A stretch of DNA of 64,000 nt from the NCBI GenBank assembly GCA_964187785.1, contig OZ076411.1:84816001-84880000 (forward strand), given 5' to 3'. The notes under the pieces are model-generated. The model ran no database searches, had not been told where the DNA came from, and saw only the letters and a list, made by a program, of their open reading frames with translations. Shown in pieces: positions 48,695 to 61,101 of the stretch. This DNA is from Amphiscolops sp. MND2022 (taxonomy: Eukaryota). Within the stretch, counting starts at the first letter, position 1, and every line of letters starts with the position of its first letter. The position numbers were made by a program, and so were the translations under genes.

Positions 48695-51600
48695 ATGGAT
48701 GACCGTGTAGCCCCTCCTGGTACTTCTGCGGGCTTTGTCAGTGGCAATGAGACATCATTCAACTTCACTGATGATGATGTGGTCACTTCTGACGCGGAGG
48801 TGTTTCGTCCTACCACGGGTTGGTAAAATCTTTCTGACTTTCATGGGTAATTGGACTATTCTTTTTGGTGATCAGCCTTTTGTAGTCTTACCCGTAACTC
48901 TGACGCGTCAAACCAGATCTTGATTTTCAGTAACTCAACCCATTACTCTTCCCGGGTCCGACTCTGGTGTTCCTTCTGGGTTACCCGAGGTTTCCGGCGG
49001 ACTCCCGCCCATTCGTGATGTGCTCCCTGCAGCGACAATTGATGCTGTTCTGTCCTCCATACTTCCTGGGACTGGGTGCAGTTCATCTTCTGTTCTTCCT
49101 GGGGCCGACGCGGCTTCTCCTGCAGTATGTACTGCGCCTTTACAGGCCGGTGGAGATGTACCTTTGCCCACAGAGGATCCTGTTGTGAGCGAGCCTCGGG
49201 GAGCCGAGGTGGATCCGCCCTCCTCTAAAGATGGCGATGCTGAGGGGGAGGAGGACGAAGCCGTTCCAGAGACCCCCAAACGGAAAAAGCGCGCACGGAC
49301 ACTGAGCGTCGGTTTTACTGAGCCGGTAGTTCAGACTGATAACGAAACCCCGCCTTTTCACGACCTTTTGGAGGGGGCCTTTAGCAGTTAGTGTTTTTCT
49401 ATTGCAACTTTATTCGTTGATAGTTGATATTTTTACAGGGTTTTCGTCTTTCACATGATTGGGATGTTTATCGTAAAAAGTGATGTTTTATTGTAGGCGG
49501 TGAGGATGATCTTCCCCTGCTCCTTGGAGGCAGTCCGCTGAGCCCAGGTGATTTGGCGCGCTTTGGGCGACAACTTGTTGCGGAGGTGGGCAATCGTGCT
49601 ATGCAGGGCATCGAGACAGGTTTGTGTTATTCCATGTTCTATACGCTATTTGTCCGTTTTGTGCTGGTACTGGGGTGGGTAGTTTGGGGTTCTCGGTTGT
49701 GCTTCTTCAGGGTATGTGTTGTGTTGTAGGATTGTCCCAGCTTACCGAGAAGATTGGCGACCAGCGTCGTACTCGGACTTATGGCAGCCACAAGCATCTG
49801 CATAAACGAATGCTGCATTTGCATCCTGCCTATGCTGATTTTGTTAGTGGTGCAAAGTGCGGCAAACCTACGGTCTTCTTCTGTCGTGTTTGTCAGCGGG
49901 ACGTGAGGATGAAAGCCCAAGGTGCTGGCGAATTTAAGAGGCACTTTGCTTCGGACGGGCACTGGTATCGAGATGTGAGCTACCGGGTCCACATGGGTTT
50001 GCCAGTGTACAATAGGCTTCTAGAGCCTATGGAGCTGACAGAGAGCCAGGTTGCCGAATTCAAGCTGCGGGCATTCGTCGACTTAGCGGAAGTCTTTCCT
50101 TTTCCCGAAGATCTGCTCCCCAAGCACTCTCAGGTGGGATCAAAGGTTCCCTTCATGACATTTATTTCCTGTATCTGCGAGTGGCTCCGAAGTGGCGGCG
50201 ATTTCTCTCTGTTGCGGCGGTTATGGGCTAACTTCCGTGTTTCCTTGGGAGAGAGTGCTCCTGAGTACCAGATGAATTGGAGTCGAACCGAGACTGTTGT
50301 GAGTATTCTTCTGCGTTTCTTGTTCTTCGTAGTTTTTTTTTTCGGTTATATGGTTTTTTGGTGCGTGTTTTGGGTTTATCCATATAATTATATTCCTGAT
50401 GGTGTTTGTTTCAGGCTGCAATTTGCCAGGCGCTTGCTCCGCGTGTGTTACGGCTGGTTTTGAGTTGTGTTGGCTCCAGCAATGAGTATGGCTTGTGCTA
50501 TGAGAGGAATGCGGACGTTGAACGGTGTTTTGTTCTGTGCTGGCTAAACAACTCGCTGAAACGGATTTGTATCAGTGAAGAAACTTTGGATCAGCCAATG
50601 CCAAAGTCTGAACTTGTTCCTCTGGCACAATTCGTGCACAGTTTGCCTGAAGCCCGTCTGCCATTGTGTATCAGTGGTGGAAGTCCGTCTCTCATTCGGG
50701 TCATAGAGGACAATCGCAACGATGGTAAGCGATTTATCGTTTATGTGCAATTTTCAGAGGAAGTCTTTCTGCAGTGTGTGAGACAAGCCCACCAAGATGT
50801 CTTTGGGATGGTTGAGGTGACCAGCTTGGTCGATTATGTCATCCTGCGATTGAAGAGTGCCGTCTATGAAGATTGGACTGAAGGCAAGCATCTTTTGCGC
50901 AAGTGTATCCGTCAGGGATTCGTGGCCTTTGGAGATTTGCGTGAATTGTTGACTGATCTGATAGCCTTATGGCCAACAATTCGTCCCTACATTCGTTGCA
51001 CTGGATTGCCACATGTAAAAGACCAGCCTGATAGTGTTAGTTGTTTTCATTTTGCTTCATTTGTTTTGGGTATTGGTGATTTCTTTGTGTTGGTTCGTTG
51101 GTTACGTGGTGTTGACGTCATTGTATTGTTTCAGTTGCGGGGGATGGACCACACATTGATCTCGGACGGGTTGGTGACGTACCGCTTTGGGTTGTTGCAG
51201 TTGATGCTAGATACTTGTAAGTTGGATGCGTATATTGTATTTGTTGGTGTTTTTTTTGTGTAGGGTTGGGGGGGTGTGTAGTTCGTGTAGCCAGAGTGAG
51301 TTTTCCTTTTCCCTACTTGTAGTGATGGCGATTGTGTTCTGTTTCAGTTCATATCCATCTGGCTAAGTTGCGGGAGGAGCGTAGTGATTACGCATTTCAC
51401 AATTATGGCGAGATGTGTAACTTTGTCTATTGTCTCCTCATGAAAACACGAGATTTGTCTGGACTGCCTGGTATCCACGACTGGGACGAATACATGAGCG
51501 TTGATAAGATGTCTGATTTCCCCGCTATAGCTTCGGACGAGTTTCTAGGACAGTGTGCTTTTGGCAAGAGTCTGTTGTCTGTGAAGACAAGTGAAATGGC

Positions 51601-52570
51601 CAAATTTCGAACTCGATGTAAGGAGTTCATTGATCGTCTTGCTGTCCTGATTGTGGAGAGTGCCAGTGCCCAGTCTGTGGTGTCAAAGGGTTTATACAGT
51701 TTTTGTCCGGAGCTGATGTTAGAAGGTGACAATAACTCTGCATTCGAGCTGTTTTCCGAGCTGTGTCAGGTATTGGAGCGATGTAAGGCCGTTGTTAGTG
51801 ATGAAGCCAAAGCTGCGCAAGACGAGTACAAAGCATATGTTATTGAGAAGAGGAGGCAGCATTGTCGTTTGGAGCGGTCTGCTAGTGAGATCCCGGATGT
51901 GTGCCGTTATTTGCTCAACGATTTTGCTTTCCGGTCACGGTGTCATTTGCTGCGTATCTTTAAATTGTGCTGCCTGGTTGTGGGAGAACCTCATCGCGAC
52001 TACCCTTCGTTTACCATGGACTTGACTGGTTGTGGGCTCAAGAAGACAAGTGTGCTGCTGTGCTTCAGAATTATGCAGAGTTATATTCTGAGTGCTGACT
52101 ATTGTCATAAGTCTTTGTTTACGGAAAGTACTCTGGCTGTTCTTCGTTCTGCTATCACTAATGCTGGGTCTTTCTTCGTTGGGACAGAATTTGACGTGTG
52201 GGCTGACTTGAGTGGCCCTGGTGTGGATACTTTCCTCGATTCCTTTTGCCGTTTGTACGACCAGTTTGTAGAAACACGGCGACGAGCTAGTGGGGAGTAT
52301 TATTCGGAGTGCAACCGGATCAATCGTTTGGCACGTGCGGAGCAAGTTTCGCGATCTAGTTCCGAGGCACGGAGTACGAGTAGTTCCGTTGGAAAAAAGA
52401 AAGGTGACGTTAGCAAGACTGCGAGTGTGAAACGGCAATCATCGTCAGTTGTTGAGGGCGCATGTTCGTCGAAGGGGGCAGCTCCAAGATCATCGAAATC
52501 GAAAAAGAAGAATCAAGTTGTTGATAAAGACCCTGATGTCTTTCACAAGTTGAAGGTTTCGAAGAAATGA
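48695..52570 (+). CDS. Element C antisense spliced accessory gene, 1058 aa: disordered N-terminus, CX2CX16HX5H finger, hAT-transposase-like body lacking DDE
   Basis: Exons 48695-48818, 48931-49386, 49497-49619, 49730-50298, 50415-51014, 51135-51216, 51348-52570 total 3177 nt. Six GT-AG introns of 110-131 bp, all phase-compatible, with no internal stop. NLS-like PKRKKRAR. The 5' exons are less certain than the 3' exons. Confidence 0.85.
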
Positions 52571-52719
52571 CTTATGGATTTTGATATTTTGAGTTTATAT
52601 TTTGTTGTGATTTTTCTGTTGATGTATTGTTGGGGTACGTATAGTATCCGTGTAGTTTAGAACATTTCAAAAATTGACGTAGCCATCCCGGTTTGGCTTG
52701 GCCTGTCGAGTGTTTTCAT

Positions 52720-55700
52720 TCAATTTTGAGTCTGAGATGTTTCTTCCGTTGTGACTGCATCAAGCATCCGAAAATCGGGATGTGTATTGGGCTTAGGATT
52801 AGGACGTAAATTGTATCTTCCAGTTTTCCTCGGGTTGTATCCAACGACTATAGGCGGTAGTGTAGGCGGTATTGGGGGGCTTTCTGTAGGCGGTGGTGTC
52901 CTTATAAAAGGGTTATCGCTGACATCTAGATTAAGTGACGTTTCATTTCCGGAGGGAAGTTGCTCTGCCGTCGAGTTTTCATCTGCAGTTGTTATAACTG
53001 TATCTTGTTCCGTTGTTGCTCCGTAATCCGTTGGCAGTTCTGTGATGGTAGCTTCCTCTTTTTCTCTTTCCGGTGGGTTTCCGAACAGAACTTCTCCGAA
53101 TTCGGTTTCCCAAGCTTGCGCGTACCAATCGTCATGGGTTGTTTTAACCTCAGGATCTGGAAGCTGTTCTTCCGCTTTGACTGTTACGTCAGGTACTCGT
53201 TGATTGGGCGCATATAGCCTTAGGCGAATTCTATGGAGGGTTTGAGTGTATCTTGTTCCCGTTCGTCTTACGACGTAGTTGTTATTGGAAAGGACTTTGA
53301 CCACTATATATGGTCCCGTCCAAATGCAATCTTTGAAAGCGAATTTCATTGACTGGTTATCAGCCTTCGGATTCAGGACGTAGCAATAGTCATTGATTTT
53401 CAATGGCGTTGCTGTCGCTTTTTTATCGTAGTATCGCTTATATTTCGAATATGATTGCATAAGGTTGTCCTTGGCTGATTGATGTATCTCAGCTATTTGT
53501 TTCTGTAGTTCATCCGTTAGGTCTTCGTTGGCATCTTTTTTCCATTCTGGCTTGAGTCCTAGTTTGATGTCTAGGATGTTGTACGGGATGCGTCCGTGAA
53601 ACACTGTTGTTGGTTCGCAGCCTAGGCTCTCGTGATAGCTTGTATTGTAATTCATGACTGCTATTTGTACGTACTTATGTCACATTGAACGGCGTTCTCC
53701 CGTTGATATTTTAAGGGACGTTTTTAGAGATGCGTGCGTTCTCTCTAGTATTCCAATCGTTTGTGCATGTTTCGTCGATGCGTGGCTAATCGTTATGTCC
53801 AGTGTTTGTGCTATTTGGTTCACGACATCTGATCGAAATTGTGATCCTTTATCAGTCAGAATCACTGTGGGCAGGTAACAGTGGCGTGTCATAACGTCAA
53901 TTATGCATCGTCCGACGGTTCTGGCAGTCATGTCTTGTGTAGGGTATGCGAATAGGTAGCGAGAGAAAACGTCCATCATGGTTATGATGTGTTTGTAGCC
54001 ATTTGATGCGGGTAGGTTGGGTAGTATATCGACTTCTAGACAATCTTCTGGTCCAAATGTGAATTCTGTATTACTCAGCATTTTAGGACGTATTTGGCGC
54101 GTGTCGATTCGCTTGTTGGCTATGCAGTCTGGGCAGTTGATGACCCAGGCTCGGATTTTTCGCGCTAGTCCCGGATAGTAGTACTTTGCTCGGCTTTCCT
54201 GAATCATTTTGGTTATTCCTGGATGTTTGTTCATTTTTCCGTGTAGCGTCGATAAGAGCTCTGGTACGATGTGTTTCGGTATGAGAATTTGGTGATGTGT
54301 TACTGTGCCATCTTCTCCGTAGTATTTACGCATGAGTACTCCGTCTTTGACTATTATTCTTTCTTCGTGACGTAGTAGGTTCCGTCCTCTAGGTTCGGTC
54401 TTGAGGAGATGTTTGTCGTACTCTTCATGAAGCAGCCGTAGTTTCAATGCTTTCAATATCGGGTCCGCGTCCTGTTCGTTGCGAATGCGGGCATTTTCCT
54501 TGATGGCTCCAAAGGCGTATACTGCTGAGTTGAGGGGTATGTGCACTGTTTCTGTGACTTCCGTTGTCAAGTTCTGTTGTTCCTTTTCGTCTATTGCTCG
54601 TTGCTTGCTAAGGGCTTTCCTGGCGAAAAATTCTTGTTCTGATTCTTCTTCTTCGTCTGGCAGGAAGAAGAGTTGTTCTTCGTCCGCGACATCTGTAGAT
54701 TGTAGGTTAACCTCAATAGGCGCCGTTATGATGTCGTCTCGCAATTTGAGTTGGATTCTCTCTTTTGGAGTTAATTCGAGGCGAGACAGGAAGTCGGCTG
54801 CTGTATTTTGCGAGCCCGCTACGTGCATGATTCGGAATTTGAACTGAAGTACATAGTCACAGGCATTCCAGAGAGCTGGTGGCGTTGTTTTTGTCTGGAA
54901 AAATCTCGTTACTGATCTGTTGTCTGTCAGTACTAGTGTAGGTAGTGTTGTTTCCCAGAGAATGTGACTATATTCGAGGAATGCATGATATATTGCGAGG
55001 AATTCTTTACAGTATATCGACATCTTCAGTTGTGACGGAGAGAAGACGCGAGATCCGAAAGCTACGGGTGCGAAAGTTTTTCTTTTGGAGAGAAGTTTTT
55101 TGTCATCGTTTTCTTCTATCATGAGCGCGTATCCAGATGCTCTGAAACTAGCATCCGTCATGAGCACGTATTGTTTTCCTGCAATCGGCTGTCTGAGTGC
55201 AAGTCCGCAGGCTTCCGCTAGGCTTGCGTTGATAGCTTTGAAATTGTCAACTAGTTCTTCTGATATAGTGATTTTGGCGTCTGCTTTTAAGAGTTCGTAT
55301 ATACCGATCATTTTTTCTGACAGTCGTGGTATGTAGTTTCGGTAGTAGTTGATGAATCCAATGTATTTTTGGACTTGTTTCTTTGATCGGGGGAATCTGA
55401 TTTTGGACAAGAAATTGGTGATCTTGTGGTCTTGCGGGGCTATTCCGTTGGGCGTGATGGTTCTTCCGAGGAATTCAACTTGAGTGACCCCGAAGTGGCA
55501 TTTCTCGATTGTCAGTTTTAGGCCAGCTTTGCGGATGCATTTGAAAACTGCTCTGATGTTCTTGATTAGTTGTTCGTTGTGTTGGCGGCAATGCCGATGT
55601 CGTCAACATATTGGGCACACTGATCTGCTTTGATGACTGTGTCCAGATATTCTCGCATGAAGCTCGAGAATGCTGGCAGTGCTCTGCTGAGGCCTTGTGC

Positions 55701-58700
55701 CAACCTTCGGTAGGCGAACGTTCTGCTAGCAAAATTAAAAGCGAGAAGTTCTACTGACCTTTGATCTGCCATTTGGAGGCAGTGGTAGGCTTGGGAGCAG
55801 TCGAGCTTGCAAAACAGTTGTTTCCCCGCTAGGTGTTGTGCCGCATCTGAGAGGGTGCTGATGGGGTGGTTGTTGTTGATATAGTCATCTGAGATGAGTG
55901 CGTTGATCTTCCGCAAATCCACAAGAAGTCGTAATTTGCCGTTGGGTTTGCGTTGCGCGAAGATAGGGCTGGCGTATTTGGAGAAGGGGAGGGTGGTGAT
56001 GATCCCGTATTTGTGCATTAAAGCTAGTTCCACTGTGAGGTCGTCTTTGAGGTTGATTGGTACGGGCAAGCTTTGTGTGTATACCGGGTTGTCATTTTTG
56101 GGCGTCAGTGAGACTTTGAATTGCGTATTCATTCCGATGTCTAGCCGATGACGTGCAAAGATATCGTTGAATTCAACAAGTATGGATTCTAGGTTTTCAC
56201 GGTCTTCTCCTGTTATTAGTGAATCATTCCATTTGAATAGCGAAAGGAATTGTGTTCTGGATTTTTCGTCTCGTTTGGGGTCCAGTTCTTCTAGTCGTTG
56301 TAATTCGCGTAGTTCTCGTAGGATGCGTTGTTGGATAGGTGTGTGTTCCGATTCATCCCCGGGATTTTCGGGAGTTGGGAACCAGAATTTCTCTTCTGTT
56401 TGTTCTGCCGAATCAACTTGCATCAGTGCGTTAACGTACGCAACAACATCGTCGTGTTCGGTGAGTAGATTGAGGGCTGCTATATCTACTGCTCGTATCG
56501 ATTTCGTTTCTTCGGGTTTCAGTATTTGTAATTCTGCTAATTTTGTGTGGGGGGTTATGGTGTAGGGGAAGTCTGTTGTGTTCGCTATTTTAATAGGCAC
56601 GCGTTTATCCCGAGCTGTTGTAATTGCAGGGGCTATTATGAGTTTTGCGTTCTCATCATACTGTGGTAGGGGTTGTATAGTCCCAGTTATTGGGTGGTCA
56701 GTACTCACAGTTATGGACGCATGTATGATCCGTGTAGATTGTGCCGGGATGGTGTGTTTTTCTTCGGTTTTGACGGTGATAGGTTTGGGGTTACACTTCT
56801 GCTTTTCGTCTTTCAGGGCCAGGGTGATTTGTATTTGTGGGAAGTCGATTGTTCCTTGCGCTGTGTCTAAGATCGCGGAATGTTTCCGGAGAAATGCTAG
56901 ACCTATGATTGGGAATGATGCTTTTGTCATTATGATGAAGGTTTCTTCAAACGTGTAGTCTCCGATGTTGAACTTCATCGTGTATGTTGCGAGAGCTTTT
57001 TCAAGTTCGGTATTGGCGTATTGAATTTTAAAGGGTGGCGGCGGTGCTTTTGCGGTTATGGCCGCTTTAGTTTCCTTTTGTATTTTTTCTGCGTCTCTCT
57101 CGCTGATGACATTTATGTAGGCGCCTGAATCTACCAGGGCGTCTATTCTGACCTTTTCGAAGTCTAGGGATATGAAGAGCATTCTCCTTTTCTTCTTTAG
57201 GGTAATTGCTGACATCAGTGGAATGTAGTCGTCGTCCTTGTCGTGCTGTATGAATTCTTTTATGACTTTGAGGTCATAAGGTAGTTGTTGTGGACATTCC
57301 GTTATTTCGTCGTCTGCATTATTGTGATCCTGGGTTGGTAATTCGGTTGCTGTTGTTGGGAGTGATACTGTTTGGTCGGCTGCCTTGCGTTGTTCTTTTT
57401 CTTGTTTTGCCCATATTGTCCTATCCTCTATGCAGATAATGTTCTCTGCATCTATGGGAGTGGACGAGGCGGCGGCGGGTACTGTTGCGGACGGTTGTGT
57501 CTTTTTGAGGATTGGTGGTGGCGGTGGTGGTGGATTTGTGGTTTCCGTTGGTTGAGCTTGAGGGTTGTGTACCTGGATTTTGAAAGAGAGTTTATCTGTA
57601 TCGTAAATTGTTGGCTCGTCCCAGGGGTCACATCTGTAGTCTTTATCATATATATAGATACGTTCTGTTTTTGATTCGGGTAGAGGCCTCTTAAGTGTCG
57701 CGTAATTGTCAGGCGACTCTGTTATCCATTGGGGTAGTGGTGTCGGATCATCTGGATGTCTTGCATTGTGTCGAAGTATCATGCCTACGTTCCAGCGACG
57801 TTGCCAGTCTTGAGTTGGTTCCTCATTGCACTCTGTAAGGAAATCTTCTTCATATCTGTTTGGGGGATCCTGTATCGTGTATGCCCTTGCGTCTACCGTT
57901 TCCCCGAAGCGGAGGCGCGGCGTTTTTAGTTTTTTTGGCTGGATTTCAACTGTGGGGATCGGTTGTTCGCTGATTTGGCTGGTAGGTATGGTAAATTCAT
58001 GGCGTTTCTTTCTGGGGTCATTTGCCGCATTAGCTCCGTACCAGCAGTTTTCAGTTTTGTGAAGTTTTCCACAAGTGTCACATTTAGGTTTGGGCGGGTC
58101 ATTTGTATTGGTAGCACCGTTTTGCGCTTTAGTTTCGTAGTAGCGGTCTTTGCGGAGTTTTCTGCATTGGGCTTTGTAGTGGCCGTATTTTCCACAGTGG
58201 AAGCAATTTCCTCGTTGGGCGGGCTCTTTTTTCGGTTCCGGGGGAGCAACGTCGACCGTGTTTAGTGGGACTAATATTGTTTCGTCGGGGGCGCCTAGGC
58301 CATTGAGGCGCATCTCTCTTTCGAGATGGAGGACGATGTCGTTGTACGGCTTGTCCTCGAGGTAGGCATGATTGAGAATCTTTTTGACATGGTCCGGCAT
58401 TTTTGCGTATATTGCCTTGTCTATGAATTTTTGCGCCTCTGGACCGAACGCTTCTTTCGCGGTTTTTTGCAAGACATCCAGAAATTCATGTAATTTTTGT
58501 TTAGTGGGGTCGAAGTGTAGTGCGTCCCATTCACATCGCGCTTTTGCAGAGGATTGGAAGTCGCCAAAACGTCGTTTAAAAGCCGTTATGACTTCTTCCA
58601 AGTTGTCTTTTTTGGTATCGTCCAGATTACAGTACGCTTGAAGTGCGTTTCCCCTCAGGAGTGAGTGGAAATAATTTATTTTTTGGAGTTCAGTTAAGTG

Positions 58701-59336
58701 AGGATACATTTTGATATTGTTTCGGAAAAAGTCTTCGAAAAGTTCGAATTTTTCTGACTTACCATCGAACACGGGAAGTGAAGCTGTGAGTGCTTTCGGC
58801 ATTGGGAGTAGGTTTGTCGATGGGAATGTCTGCGGTTGTGGTGCGAACAGGATTTTTGATGTAGTTGGACGTTCTTTCGATTGGTCGTTAGGTGCGCGGT
58901 GTTTGGGCCTTTTGGTGGGTTGGTTTGTAGAGTCATTGAGGACTCCTGTCACCATGTTACGACTGTTTATCGGGGTGGTTTTAGAAGCAGTCGCAGTAGT
59001 TTTATTTCTGATCGGTGTTGAGGTCACGTTTTCCGGAATGTTGTCGAAATCAGAATCAGACTCTTCTGCTGATCTTATTGCAGGTTGTTTTTTAGCGGTT
59101 GGGTCAATTAGTTTTAACATTTCCTTCTGGTTTTCAGCTAAGATTTTAGTAAGATCAGACATTATTTCCTATCTCAGTGATAATTTTATTTCCTCTAAGT
59201 TATCCGCAGAGACTTTAGGAGATTTGCTTGTACCAGCTACAGGATTTACACTCGAAGTGTTTTCAGGTAGAGAAGTTTCTATTTCAGTTGAAATAAGCTC
59301 TTCAGCTGCTTTTCTCTTTTGACTTCTAGTGGTCAT
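52720..59336 (-). pseudogene. Element C gag-pol
   Basis: ATG at 59336 in the 5' LTR and TAG at 59169-59171. CFHCGKYGHYKAQC and CDTCGKLHKTENC knuckles, LVDSGA, YVDD, TDAS, integrase core and WTGPY. Frameshift near 55575 and TGG>TGA at 53680-53682. Confidence 0.95.
58943..58954 (-). other. Element C primer-binding site TGGTGACAGGAG
   Basis: Abuts the 5' LTR end. Identical to the element A PBS and translated as MVTG within gag. Confidence 0.8.
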
Positions 59337-61096
59337 TTTCAGAGTTCAAGAACAAGGTCTTCGGAAATATTTAAATTCGTCGAAGAGATTGAGTTTTCGT
59401 TGTTATAACGGAACAAAGTTATTAGCAGTAGAACAAAAGATTGATTAAAACTTACAACAATTTTCTACATATATATACCTTCCAAGCATCATTTGTTCCT
59501 CACCTAAAAATTCCTAGGAATCCCTAAAATCCGTTTTGTTCACTAAAAATGCTTAATCATCCATATCATTTCAGCCCTTTAATTAATTGTTCACAATTTT
59601 AAATTCCTAGTTACGATTCCCTTGCGGAGTACTTGTTGAAATCATTTTTGTTCAACACTCCCATTTCCGGTTTCATCACGGAAAAGGCGGCAAAATAAAT
59701 GCCTAGTTTGAATTCCTATCGCAAAAGGCACGCTGACGTGAACAATGATTCACTCTCTGTCTAGCGAAGAACATCCGTTCGCAACAAAAGTATGACAAGC
59801 AAAAATGGTTACGGAAACATCGCGGATGAATTTTAGACTAAAGTGTTAAACATTTCAGAAAGAAACAAATGATGCTGGAGAGTAATTAGCACATATCGGG
59901 GATTGGGTTATTGTAACAAAACACAACTTCAGGTTGTAATTTACATGCAACAATTGGGCTAAATACTCTGACTGTAATTTACATGCATCGATTGGTTTAA
60001 ATAATATAACAAACATAATTCATCACAAACTACAACAAACATAAAATACCGTTTCAACAACGGAGAGCACCTGTTTCACATATTTTCTTCTGTCCTGATC
60101 TGCAACACGAATGTTCTAGTTGATCACGAAACGGGACAAATCCGGATGGAAAAAGTGAAAACTTGTAATGTTTTGAATGTTTTAGTGTGATTCTACATGT
60201 TCTCAGGAATGTCCTGATGTATTAGAATATTCTCTAAGTCTTAGAATTTTCCACGGTTGTTTTACATGTATTAACATTAGGTATAGCTTCATCTATTACA
60301 ATTTGCTCCGTAAACGCACCGTAAATGCTCCCTATGTATTAAGGTTGGCTATAACTTTCTCGGTTTATAATTCGCTCCGTAAGCGCTCCGTACGTATTAA
60401 GATTGAGTATAGCTTTCTTAGCTGCTAGCGGAGCAAGCTCGGAGTAAATTCGCCATCTTTAAATTCATTCTTAGTGACGTCATCGGAATGGTTTCTTACT
60501 AGCGTGAGCGCAAATATACCGGTCTTAGCAGCGACGCTATTGGTCCGTAAAAATAGAAATACCTGTTACTCGTTTATCTGAGTGACGCTGTCATAGCGTT
60601 GTAAAAGTTTGCTCAGATTACTTGACTGTAATTTGAGAGGCTTTCTTACAACTACTTCAGATTCCAAATTGAATCTGCTATACTATTTTGATGTTCTTTT
60701 CATTTTAGATCGTATGAGTTCCGTTGGGATCGCGGAATTAAATAATTGTTTTAGTGTTTTCATTTCAGTGTGGAAAGGAGAAAAATGATCCCAGTGTTAT
60801 GAATGTCTTTCTTTCTTAATATTTAGATTGACATGGAATTTTCAGCCGTTGAAACCGGAAGTAACAAAAATGTCTACGTGTGAAAACTTTAAACCGGAAA
60901 TCTTATTTTGCTTAAAGTCATTTTGGATATTTCACGTAGTGCTTCCGTAGATTTTAATTCGTGCTGCAGTCTAGACAAAAAGGTAAGTTATTGTACAATA
61001 CTTAACATTGCGTGGCTCTTCCGTGGCCTCTCCCCCTTGCGAATTTTGGGATTCCTCCACAACAGGAAAAGTCCCGACCGGGAGCGGGTCGTGACA
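58955..61096 (-). repeat. Element C 5' LTR (2142 bp)
   Basis: Direct repeat of 45367-47507. Confidence 0.97.
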
Positions 61097-61101
61097 ATCA
61101 G

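Larger units (their letters stand above)
45367..61096 (-). mobile_element. Element C: full-length Ty3/gypsy LTR retrotransposon (15.7 kb) with accessory genes
   Basis: LTRs at 45367-47507 and 58955-61096 (TGTTACGAC...GTCGTGACA), TSD ATCAG at 45362-45366 and 61097-61101, PBS, gag-pol. Confidence 0.97.

Noticed and set aside
48695-52570. An independent DNA transposon nested in element C (or A)
   Set aside because: I found no TIRs or 8-bp TSD around the gene. It has the same position and orientation in two diverged families, and the catalytic residues appear absent.
54479-58641. Many 60-200 aa ORFs opposite gag/pol (also 39643-40110, 40920-41333, 20326-20733)
   Set aside because: These are antisense shadows of coding sequence, with no motifs or splice logic.
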